From positions 896,001 to 960,000 of the forward strand of contig OZ252098.1 in the NCBI GenBank assembly GCA_965248355.1: DNA of 64,000 nucleotides, written 5' to 3'. Below, piece by piece: positions 23,788 to 33,875 of this stretch (position 1 is its first letter; each line of letters starts with the position of its first letter). Made by a program: the position numbers and the translations under genes. The stretch is from Candidatus Latescibacterota bacterium. Its GTDB lineage: Bacteria > Latescibacterota > UBA2968 > UBA8231. The notes beneath the pieces were generated by a model, which did no database searches, was not told the DNA's origin, and was given only the letters and a program-made list of their open reading frames with translations.

Positions 23788-25224
23788 CTACCACCCGAGC
23801 CGGTCCCGGACATCGATCGGACGTCCCGAGTCGTCGGAAACCCCGACCGCAGGGGTCGAGGTTCGCGTGAGGTGGCTCGTGGCAACCAGCGCTGCGAGCG
23901 CGGGGAGGACGGCGAGCAGGTCGGCGGGCCATCCCGGGAGGGCGAACAGGAACAGCATCCAGGCGGCGAAGCCGGTGAGGATCGCCGCGAGGGCCCCCGC
24001 GGCGGTGGCACCCCTCCACCAGATGCCGGCGGTGAGGGGCACGAAGAGGGTGGCGAGCAGCACCGACCAGGAATCGACCATCAGGTCGTAGACCGAAGTC
24101 CGGTGCAGGGCCAGGAGAAGGGAGAAGATCCCGAGGACAACCACGGACAGGCGGGAGGCGCGCAGGCAGGTCCCTTCGGAAACCTGTGGACGCACGGCGC
24201 GAAGAACATCCCAGCCGATCACGCTCGCCGGCGCCAGCAGGGCGCTGTCCGCGCTCGACAACAGGGCCGAGACCAGGGCGCCGATGAACAGCACGAGGGC
24301 CGCCGCCGGCAGGTATCGTTGGGCGATCTCCATCATCACCAGGTCGGGATCGGCCAGACCGGGGATGAGGACGGCGCCCGCCATGCCGAGCAGCACCGGC
24401 AGCAGACCGATGGTCAGGTAGATCAGCCCCGACAGATAGGCGCTGTGCACGGCGACGCGGTCGTCGCGGCTGGACAGGCTGCGCTGGATGAGATCCTGGC
24501 CGGCCAGATTGCCGAGCCCGATGACGAGCCAGTCGCGGGCGTAGCCGAACCACTCGGTGGGGCCCGCATCCCGGGGGTAGAGGTCGAAACGCCCCTCCGG
24601 GATCTTCGCCGCGATGGCGGACCACCCCCCCATGTCGTGCAGGAGCAGGGGCGTGAGGACGACCATGCCGGTGATGAGGACGGCGAGCTGGACGATGTCG
24701 GTGAGAGTCACGGCCCACATGCCCCCGGCGAAGGTGTAGACCAGGACGACGGCGGCGCCCACGAGGATTCCCACCGTGGGGTCCAGGCCGGTCAGGGCCT
24801 GCAGGATGCGGCCGAAGGCGACCATCAGCGCCGCCACCCACCCGACGTAGGCCGGCACCGTGCACAGGCTGGCCAGCAGGCCGCAGCGCGTGTCGAAGCG
24901 CCGGGTGAAGAAGGAGGCCACCGTCATCACCCCGGAGCGGCGCAGAGCGCGGACGTAGAAGGCGCCGGCCAGGAACAGGCACAAGGCGGCGCCGAAGGGA
25001 TCGGCGATGACGGCGAGGAACCCGCCCTCGTAGGCGGCACTGGCGGCTCCGATGCACAGTCCGCCGCCGAACCAGGTTGCCGACAGGGTCGCCGTCGCAA
25101 ACGGCAGGGACAGCCGCCGCCCGGCGACCAGGTAGTCGGCTGAGCCGGAGACCCGCCGGCTGGCGTAGAGCCCGACGGCGAGCATCACCAGCAGATAGAG
25201 ACCCAGCCCGGTTATCACGAACAT
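23788..25224 (-). CDS. Sodium:solute symporter (choline-transporter-like)
   Basis: DYLVAGRRL, ATWFGGG, YTFAGGMWAVTLTD, QDLIQR, SALLSSADS. Confidence 0.92.
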   Translation of the reverse strand: MFVITGLGLYLLVMLAVGLYASRRVSGSADYLVAGRRLSLPFATATLSATWFGGGLCIGAASAAYEGGFLAVIADPFGAALCLFLAGAFYVRALRRSGVMTVASFFTRRFDTRCGLLASLCTVPAYVGWVAALMVAFGRILQALTGLDPTVGILVGAAVVLVYTFAGGMWAVTLTDIVQLAVLITGMVVLTPLLLHDMGGWSAIAAKIPEGRFDLYPRDAGPTEWFGYARDWLVIGLGNLAGQDLIQRSLSSRDDRVAVHSAYLSGLIYLTIGLLPVLLGMAGAVLIPGLADPDLVMMEIAQRYLPAAALVLFIGALVSALLSSADSALLAPASVIGWDVLRAVRPQVSEGTCLRASRLSVVVLGIFSLLLALHRTSVYDLMVDSWSVLLATLFVPLTAGIWWRGATAAGALAAILTGFAAWMLFLFALPGWPADLLAVLPALAALVATSHLTRTSTPAVGVSDDSGRPIDVRDRLGW

Positions 25225-25303
25225 GGCGGCCAAACTTAAGAAAACTCGGGGCCGAGGCCCGCAGGGCGCGCCCTCTCCCGGCCACACGGGTGGCGGCGAC
25301 CGG

Positions 25304-25350
25304 TGGCGGAAGCCGCCATGCGGAGGCTCGCCAGGTGGCGGGTCTCGCCG
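25304..25350. promoter_or_regulatory. Tandem enhancer (UAS) palindromes of PspF type
   Basis: TGGCG-N5-CGCCA (25304-25318), degenerate TGCGG-N5-CGCCA (25319-25333), TGGCG-N5-CGCCG (25336-25350), 100-150 bp upstream of a sigma54 promoter. Confidence 0.6.
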
Positions 25351-25396
25351 ACGCGGACCCGGGCCGGATCTGACTTGAGCTCCTTGAGAAGGATCC

Positions 25397-25421
25397 TAAC
25401 ATATTGGGGTACAGCCGGTTA
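25397..25421. promoter_or_regulatory. IHF-like / palindromic TAAC-N17-GTTA box
   Basis: TAACATATTGGGGTACAGCCGGTTA between the UAS and the sigma54 promoter; 21/25 identical to 30636-30660. Confidence 0.55.
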
Positions 25422-25451
25422 GCCGTTGGGGCCCTGGTGTGGTGATGGTCC

Positions 25452-25467
25452 TGGCACCGCTCTTGCA
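25452..25467 (+). promoter_or_regulatory. sigma54 (-24/-12) promoter of the pspA operon
   Basis: TGGCAC-CGCTC-TTGCA matches the TGGCAC-N5-TTGCW consensus, about 85 nt upstream of pspA; a sigma54 activator is encoded in the same operon. Confidence 0.9.
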
Positions 25468-25552
25468 TTGGACGGCTTCACCCCGACCCCTCGGTGGAGG
25501 AAGAGGCACCGAACGGTTACTTTTCCGCAACCAGCCACGAGAGAGACGAGCG

Positions 25553-26248
25553 ATGGCAAAGGGCATGTTCGCGCGCATGGCAGACATTCTGCGGTCCAAC
25601 CTCAACGAGGCCCTCGACCGCGCCGAGGATCCCGAGAAGCTGATCCGGCAGATGGTCCGCGAGATGGAGGAGGCCGTGAACAAGGCCACCGCCTCGGTGG
25701 GCACGGCCGTGGCCAACCAGAAGCGGCTGGAGCGCCAGCACGACGAGCGGATCGCCCAGTGCGAGGAGTGGCAGCGCCGGGCCGAGCGCGCCGTCGAGGC
25801 CAACGAGGACGACTTGGCGCGGCGGGCCCTGGAGCGCCGGGCGGTCCTGCAGCAGGCGGCCTCCGACCTGGCCCCGGCCCTGGAGGAGAGCCGGCGGACG
25901 GCGGAGCAGTTGCGGGAGCAGCTGCGGGAGTTGAAGGAGAAGCTCGAGGAGGCCCGGACGCGGCAGGGAACCCTGATGGCCCGCCACCGGGCGGCCGAGG
26001 CCCGCAAGCGTCTGGCCCAGTCGATGCACGGACTCGGCGATGATGCCTTCTCCAGCTTCGAGCGTTTCGAGCAACGTGTCGAGGACAGCGAAGCCGAAGC
26101 CGAGGCCCACGCCGAGGTCGCCTCCGATCTGGGCGAGGTGGAGCGGCGGGTGCGGGACATGGACAGGTCGGCCGTGGTGGAAGACGAGTTGAGGGCGCTC
26201 AAGGAGCGGCTCGTGCGCGAGCGCGGGGGAGCCTCGGGAAAGGGCTGA
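25553..26248 (+). CDS. pspA: Phage shock protein A (PspA/IM30 family)
   Basis: GMFARMADILRSNLNEALDRAEDPEKLIRQMVREME, DDLARRAL, FERFEQRV, VEDELRALK. Confidence 0.95.
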   Translation: MAKGMFARMADILRSNLNEALDRAEDPEKLIRQMVREMEEAVNKATASVGTAVANQKRLERQHDERIAQCEEWQRRAERAVEANEDDLARRALERRAVLQQAASDLAPALEESRRTAEQLREQLRELKEKLEEARTRQGTLMARHRAAEARKRLAQSMHGLGDDAFSSFERFEQRVEDSEAEAEAHAEVASDLGEVERRVRDMDRSAVVEDELRALKERLVRERGGASGKG

Positions 26249-26251
26249 GGG

Positions 26252-26740
26252 ATGGGTCGGATCAGCACCTTCTTCGAGGGCGGTCTCAGGCGCGCTGGAG
26301 CGCTGGTGCTGACCTCGGGGGCGGTCGTGCTGCTGTCGGCGGGCCTGGGGCTGATCCTGTACGGGCTCGGTCAGCGCATCGACCACGACGACTGGCAGGA
26401 ACCTCTCTCGATCGGGGTCCCCGTGTTCGCTGTCGGCGCGGCGGCCTGGTTCTGCGCCCGCCGTCTCGCCGCCTCGGCGAGACAGGCTCACGCCCGGCGC
26501 ATGGAGAACCGCATCCTGCGGCTGGCCCGGGAGAGATTCGGCCGGCTCACGGTGATCGAGGCCGCCGTCGAGGCCGGGCTCACCGCGGCCGAGGCCGAGT
26601 CGATCCTGCGAGGCCTGGCCGAGGGGGGATTCGTGGAGATCGAGGTCAACGACGCCGGGGTCATGAGCTACCGCTTCCCCGAGGTGATCTACCCGCCCCC
26701 GGGAGGCGGCTCCTGCTCGCGCCCTTTGGCGTCCGGCTGA
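26252..26740 (+). CDS. Two-TM membrane protein with C-terminal winged-helix-like domain
   Basis: Two hydrophobic helices, then ILRLARERFGRLTVIEAAVEAGLTAAEAESILRGLAEGGFVEIEVNDAGVMSYRFP (three helices plus a beta-hairpin wing). Confidence 0.8.
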   Translation: MGRISTFFEGGLRRAGALVLTSGAVVLLSAGLGLILYGLGQRIDHDDWQEPLSIGVPVFAVGAAAWFCARRLAASARQAHARRMENRILRLARERFGRLTVIEAAVEAGLTAAEAESILRGLAEGGFVEIEVNDAGVMSYRFPEVIYPPPGGGSCSRPLASG

Positions 26741-26768
26741 CCGGACTGGATTGAAAGGACTGAGCCCC

Positions 26769-27116
26769 ATGAGGATACCGACGATCTTCGCTTGGCCGAC
26801 ACCGTATCTCTGGCTAGGCTTGGCCCTGCATCTGGTCGCGGACGTCACTGACTCTGCCATCATGATGATCCCGGCCCTGATCATCCTCGCTGTAAGCCTG
26901 GTCCACATCGTCAGGGGGATGGCCGAGCGCCCGAGTCCAGGAGGCCGCAGGGCGGAGGAAGGGTCCGGAGAGCCCCCGGGGCTGGACCAGCGTCTCTCCG
27001 AGATCGAGGGGCGCCTCACCGACACGCAGGACGTGATGATCGCCCTCAGCGAGAAGATGGACCGCTGGGAGCGGGAGGTCCCGCCCGCCGACCGCGATCG
27101 CACCCCAACGAGCTGA
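26769..27116 (+). CDS. Small membrane protein with C-terminal coiled coil (PspB-like architecture)
   Basis: AAAGGA RBS; two hydrophobic stretches, then LDQRLSEIEGRLTDTQDVMIALSEKMDRW heptads. Confidence 0.7.
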   Translation: MRIPTIFAWPTPYLWLGLALHLVADVTDSAIMMIPALIILAVSLVHIVRGMAERPSPGGRRAEEGSGEPPGLDQRLSEIEGRLTDTQDVMIALSEKMDRWEREVPPADRDRTPTS

Positions 27117-27127
27117 GGAGAGGGAAG

Positions 27128-27274
27128 ATGCTGGTCAAGATCCTTGGAGTCGCCTTGCTGGTCGTGGGCGTCGTTCTCGCCCTGGACATGCTGCTGGGAG
27201 TGCTCTGGTCGATCCTCTCCGTGGCCTTCGTCGCCGCCCTCGTCTGGGGCGGATGGAGATTGCTGAAGTCGTGA
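27128..27274 (+). CDS. 48-aa two-TM protein (PspG/LiaI-like architecture), not in ORF track
   Basis: GAGGAG RBS; MLVKILGVALLVVGVVLALDMLLGVLWSILSVAFVAALVWGGWRLLKS; its stop overlaps the GTG of the next gene. Confidence 0.8.
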   Translation: MLVKILGVALLVVGVVLALDMLLGVLWSILSVAFVAALVWGGWRLLKS

Positions 27275-28712
27275 GGGGGCCCGCGGTCGAGGCCCGCCCG
27301 CAGGCCCTGCTGGAGGAGGGACGCCGGCTCTTCCGCCAGGGTCGCCACCCCGAGGCCCGCGAGGTCCTGGAGCGGGCGCTGGAAACCGCCTCGGAAGAGG
27401 CGGGCGGGTCCCCCGGGAGCGGGCGCGCGGAGATGCTCTTCCTGCGGGGCATGTGCCACCTCCAGGAGGGCGGGGAGGCCGACGCCGTCGAGGATCTGGA
27501 GGCGGCCTCCCGCCTCGGCTGGCTGGAGGCGCGATTCCAGCTCGCCCAGCACTACGCCCGCAAGGGCCGCCGCGGGGGCGATCTGCGCCGGCGGGCGATC
27601 TCCCATCTCGAACAAGTGCTGGCCGCCGGAGCTGACGACCCCAGCCTCGCCGCCGGCCGGGACCGGGTCTGCTTCGCCCTGGGCGGCCTCTACGCCGAGG
27701 GGGAGGCGTCCGGGGACGTCGATCGGGGGATCGCGGCCTACCGCCAGGGTCTGTCCGTCAACCCGCTGTCCGCTTCCGGGCACAACAGCCTGGGACAGCT
27801 GCTCATGCGCTTCGAGCCCCTCGGCGCCCTCGGCGAGTTCAAGGTCGCCCTGCAGCTGGACCCGGATCTGCGCGCCGCCTACAGCAACCTCGCCCGGCTG
27901 TTGCTCGAGCACATCCAGCCGCGAGAGCTCGCCGCCGAGTACGCCCGCATCGTGGAGGAGTTCGAGGAACGGGCTTCCCACGTGCTCGCCCGCCTGTCCC
28001 AGGAGCTGGTCGAGCTCGGGCGGGAGCAGGCCTATCGCGGCCTGTACACCAAGGGCCACCAGCTGAAGAACCTGATCGGCCTCGTGGGAAGCCGACTCCG
28101 GCGTCTGACACGGCGGATGCCTCCGCAGGCCGGGGCGGGCGAGGAACTGCGCCAGATCGAGCAGGAGCACGGCCGGCTCTACGAGGAGTGGGTCGGCTAC
28201 CTGTCGGCCATGACACCCGACCGCCTCGTCACGGGCCTCGTCGACCCGGCCCGGGTCGCACGCCGGGTGGTCGCCGCCCTGGGCGCCGACGCGCAGGCCG
28301 GTCTCGAGATCCGGGTCCAGGAGGGTGTGCCCCGGATCGAGGCGGATGAGCGCCTGCTCCGGGAGGCCGTCACCAACCTGTGCATCAACGCCCTTCAGGC
28401 CTTGGCCGGCGAGGCCTCTCCGGGCGAGGTCTCCGTCGGCGTCGGTTTCGACGACGGCGGCGTCTTCATCGAGGTGGAGGACACGGGTCCGGGGATTCCC
28501 GCCGAGGTCATGGACCACGTCTTCGATCCCGGCTTCACGACCAGGGAACAGGGCAACGGCTACGGTCTGGCCATCGCCCAGCGCATCGCCCATGCCCATC
28601 ACGGCGATCTGCGCGTCAAGAGCCGCGTAGGCCACGGCACCGTGTTCCGCCTCGACCTGCCCGTCAACTACGACGCCGACAGCCCCCACGACCGGATCGG
28701 CGGGGAGGCCCC

Positions 28713-28716
<4 letters not shown>
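27271..28716 (+). CDS. Cytoplasmic TPR-repeat sensor histidine kinase
   Basis: N-terminal TPR-like repeats (GHNSLGQLL, ALQLDPDLRAAYSNLA); H-box GHQLKN; N-box NLCINALQA; DTGPGI; FDPGFTT; GNGYGL; no TM segment. Confidence 0.9.
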
Positions 28717-30134
<1,418 letters not shown>

Positions 30135-30285
30135 ACGGCGTCCCCGCCCCGTCCAAGGAGGCCGCCGAAGGTCCTCCGGGACGGATCCGCAGTCAGTGGT
30201 CCCCGCGGACTCCTTGACGCTGGCCGTGCGCATGCCTTCTTAGGCGGTGCTCCGGCGCCGTGCGACCCAACGAGTCCGAGGGACG

Positions 30286-30600
30286 ATGGAGAAGCAGTTC
30301 AAGGTGGAGACCTTCCTGGGCGGCGACCTGGCCGACCTCTACGAGACGGTCATGGCGCAGTTCGAGGCATCCGGCTCCGTGAGTCTGTCCGAGATGAACC
30401 GCGCCCTGCTGCAGACCGGGTTGCTGATGCACATGACCATGATGACCTCCATGGGAGTTGTCTCCGATGAGGAGCGCCGGCAGAGGATGGAGAAGCTGGC
30501 CGAAAGGGTGGGCAAGGAGAACCTGATGTGGGAGGTGGTGGAGCTGGCCCGGCGGCACTGGAGCAAGGGAGGGGCCGGCAGCATCGACCTGCAACCCTAG
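30286..30600 (+). CDS. Hypothetical protein (104 aa, helical, Met-rich)
   Basis: GAGGGA RBS, GC3-rich codons, fills the intergenic space; no motif recognised. Confidence 0.65.
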   Translation: MEKQFKVETFLGGDLADLYETVMAQFEASGSVSLSEMNRALLQTGLLMHMTMMTSMGVVSDEERRQRMEKLAERVGKENLMWEVVELARRHWSKGGAGSIDLQP

Positions 30601-30631
30601 GCAGGAGGGCCACCGGACCCCTTAGGAAAAC

Positions 30632-30664
30632 TGCATAACATGTTGCAGTACAGCCAGTTATGCA
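30632..30664. promoter_or_regulatory. Palindromic AT-rich box upstream of the iscU promoter
   Basis: TGCATAAC-N17-GTTATGCA; its core is near-identical to 25397-25421. Confidence 0.55.
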
Positions 30665-30677
30665 TACGATTTCAGAT

Positions 30678-30706
30678 TTGACAGGGACGCGGCAGCCCCG
30701 TACATT
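30678..30706 (+). promoter_or_regulatory. sigma70-type promoter
   Basis: TTGACA-N17-TACATT. Confidence 0.75.
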
Positions 30707-30734
30707 CGGAGCCATCCGAATCGGATCGTCCTCC

Positions 30735-31142
30735 GTGTCCGAAGCCTACAACGAGACCGTTCTCGACCATTACCGCAACCCCCGCAACGTGGGTGTTCTC
30801 AAGGACGCCCAGGCTGTCGGCAAAGCGGAGAACTCGGCTTGCGGGGACATCCTGCATCTCTATCTACGGATCAATGGTGACCGGGTCGTCGACTCCCGCT
30901 TCCAGACCTTCGGATGCGCTGCGGCGATCGCCGCCGGGTCAAAGCTGACCGAGATGGTGATCGGTGCCACTCTCGATCAGTTGCGCACCATCCGGCGGCT
31001 GGACGTGGTCCAGGCCCTCGGCGGGCTGCCTCCGATGAAGGTCCATTGCTCGGTTCTGGCAGAAGACGCGATCCGAGCCGCTCTCGAGGACTACGAGGGC
31101 GCCCTAGAAGACTCCAAGAAAACACTTCGACAACCTCTATGA
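30735..31142 (+). CDS. iscU: Fe-S cluster scaffold protein IscU/NifU-N
   Basis: VLDHYRNPRNVG, ACGD, FGCAAAIA, LGGLPPMKVHCSVLAEDAI. Confidence 0.93.
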   Translation: MSEAYNETVLDHYRNPRNVGVLKDAQAVGKAENSACGDILHLYLRINGDRVVDSRFQTFGCAAAIAAGSKLTEMVIGATLDQLRTIRRLDVVQALGGLPPMKVHCSVLAEDAIRAALEDYEGALEDSKKTLRQPL

Positions 31143-31154
31143 AAGGAAGACCTC

Positions 31155-31769
<615 letters not shown>

Positions 31770-31856
31770 AGCCCGCCGCTCGGAGCCGCTCAGGCTCGGA
31801 GCGATCGGTTTCCATCGGCGGCCAACGAGCCGCCTCCTCAAGGAAAAGGGCTTGCC

Positions 31857-32321
31857 ATGGCGATCCAACCGGGTGATCCGGCTCCGGATTTCACCCTGAA
31901 GAATACGGACTTGGAGGAGGTGACCCTGTCCTCCCTGCGGGGCAGGAAGGTAGTCCTCCTCTTCGTGCCCCTGGCCTTCACCGGCGTATGCACCCAGGAG
32001 CTTTGCGAGATCTCCCAGGGGATCTCGGCCTACTCCGACGCTGACGCCGAGGTGCTCGGCGTCAGCGTCGACAGCCCCTTCGCGCAGAAGGCCTGGGCGG
32101 AGCAGGAGGGGATCGGCATCTCCCTGCTGAGCGACTTCAACAGGGAGGTCTGCGCCGCCTACGGTGCCCGGTACGATGATCTGCTGGGCATGGTCGGCGT
32201 GGCCAAGCGTGCGGCCTTCGTCATCGACAGGGAGGGAATCGTCCGTTACGCCTCCGTGTCCGAAGACGCCAAGGTCCTGCCCGACTTCGAGGCGGTGAAG
32301 GCCTGCCTCGGGTCGATGTAG
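31857..32321 (+). CDS. Peroxiredoxin (AhpE-like)
   Basis: APDFTL, FVPLAFTGVCTQELC (PxxxTxxC), SVDS, RAAFVID. Confidence 0.93.
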   Translation: MAIQPGDPAPDFTLKNTDLEEVTLSSLRGRKVVLLFVPLAFTGVCTQELCEISQGISAYSDADAEVLGVSVDSPFAQKAWAEQEGIGISLLSDFNREVCAAYGARYDDLLGMVGVAKRAAFVIDREGIVRYASVSEDAKVLPDFEAVKACLGSM

Positions 32322-32358
32322 TCGCAGGACCCTTCCCAAGGCCCAGGTCCACGCCGAG

Positions 32359-33789
32359 ATGCCTACTGAAGGCACGAGCCGCTCCCTGGCGGCTTCCGAG
32401 GAGGTCCGTGAGGAGACCTCTCTGACGGGCGCGACGAGGTCCGCCGTCCGGGGTTGCGTTCATCCGCCATCCTTTCCGACGGCGGTCCTCGACGAGTCCC
32501 ACCGCGATTTGCGGGACGACGAGTTCTGGCGCGCCGTTCCGGCCTACGCCCACCTGCGGGCCGACGAGTTCCACGACCACCGATTCCAGAGCCGGAACGG
32601 CGTCACCAGCCTCCACAAGCTGCGGCAGGTCCTGGGCGGCCTCGTCTCCGAGGCGTTCTACGCCGATGTGGAAGCCGGGCTGCGTCGGTCGACGATGAGC
32701 CTGCGCATCTCCCCGTACCTGATCTCACTGGTCGACTGGTCGGCGCCGGAGACCGATCCGATCCGGCTTCAATTCCTGCCGCTTGGTTCGCGGCACGAGG
32801 CCGACCATCCCGAGCTGGATCTCGATTCGCTGAACGAGCAGGCCGACTCGCCCGTGCCCGGGCTCACGCACCGCTACCACGACCGGGCCCTGTTCCTGGC
32901 CCTGGACACCTGTCCCGTGTACTGCCGCTTCTGCACGCGTTCCTACTCGGTCGGCCTCGACACCGCCGACGTGGACAAGGTCCACCTCGGCGTCAGCCGC
33001 GAACGCTGGGAGCAGGCCTTCGACTACATCCGCCGCAATCCCCAGATCGAGGACGTGGTCATAAGCGGCGGCGACATGTACAACCTCAAGGCCGAGCAGG
33101 TCGAGCTGCTCGGCCGCACCCTGCTCGACATCGAGCACGTCCGGAGGTTCCGATACGCCACCAAGGGGCCGGCCGTGATGCCGCAGAAGCTGGTTACCGA
33201 CCCCGACTGGGTGCGCGCCATCGCCCGCGTCGTCGCCGAGGGCCGTCGCCGCCACAAGGAGGTGGCCCTGCATACGCACTTCAACCACCCGCGGGAGATC
33301 ACCGCCTTCACCCGTCATGCCATGGAAGGGTTGATGGCGGAGGGCATGATCGTTCGCAATCAGGCGGTGCTGCAGCGCGGCGTGAACGACGATGCCGACA
33401 CCATGCGCCTGCTGGTCCGGCGCCTGGGATATCTCAACATCCATCCCTACTACGTCTTTGTGCACGACATGGTCCGCGGGGTCGAGGAGTTGCGCACGAG
33501 CCTGCGGGCCGCCATCGAACTCGAAAAGCTTGTGCGGGGGGTCACCGCGGGCTTCAACCTGCCCGCCTTCGTCCTCGACACCATGGGCGGCGGGGGCAAG
33601 CGGCATGTCCACTCCCACGAGCGCTACGACCACGACACTGGGATCGCCGTCTTCACCAGTCCCGCGGTACGGCCGGGTCGACGCTTCCTGTTCTTCGACC
33701 CGCTGCACAGCCTCGGTCCCGGTGCGCAGGCGCTCTGGGCCGATCCTCATTCCCGGGCCGGCATGATCGCCGAGGCCCTGGAGGGGTAA
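32359..33789 (+). CDS. KamA family radical SAM aminomutase (lysine 2,3-aminomutase-like)
   Basis: SPVPGLTHRY, CPVYCRFCTR, ISGGD, THFNHPREIT, NQAVLQRGVND, GGGGK; exact start uncertain. Confidence 0.9.
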   Translation: MPTEGTSRSLAASEEVREETSLTGATRSAVRGCVHPPSFPTAVLDESHRDLRDDEFWRAVPAYAHLRADEFHDHRFQSRNGVTSLHKLRQVLGGLVSEAFYADVEAGLRRSTMSLRISPYLISLVDWSAPETDPIRLQFLPLGSRHEADHPELDLDSLNEQADSPVPGLTHRYHDRALFLALDTCPVYCRFCTRSYSVGLDTADVDKVHLGVSRERWEQAFDYIRRNPQIEDVVISGGDMYNLKAEQVELLGRTLLDIEHVRRFRYATKGPAVMPQKLVTDPDWVRAIARVVAEGRRRHKEVALHTHFNHPREITAFTRHAMEGLMAEGMIVRNQAVLQRGVNDDADTMRLLVRRLGYLNIHPYYVFVHDMVRGVEELRTSLRAAIELEKLVRGVTAGFNLPAFVLDTMGGGGKRHVHSHERYDHDTGIAVFTSPAVRPGRRFLFFDPLHSLGPGAQALWADPHSRAGMIAEALEG

Positions 33790-33875
33790 CCCGCGGTGCG
33801 CTGTCAGACCGGCTCCCAGGAGGAGAAGCGACGGGCGAGGGCCGCGTCCTTCCCGGAAATGGAATCGACGACGAC

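Noticed and set aside
25225..25400. Riboswitch upstream of the SSS transporter (minus strand)
   Set aside because: No TPP, cobalamin, SAM or glycine core motifs recognised; the palindromes are better explained as enhancer sites for pspA
30221..30235. Second sigma54 promoter (TGGCCGTGCGCATGC) before the orphan gene
   Set aside because: Only GG-N10-GC matches; lacks the CAC and TTGC context and overlaps a TTGACG -35-like hexamer
31777..31803. Hairpin between sodA and the peroxiredoxin as a REP element or terminator
   Set aside because: Single imperfect copy with no adjacent U tract and no repeats seen elsewhere in the window
32359..33789. KamA protein as EF-P modification enzyme EpmB
   Set aside because: Longer than typical EpmB and no efp or epmA adjacent; left as KamA family
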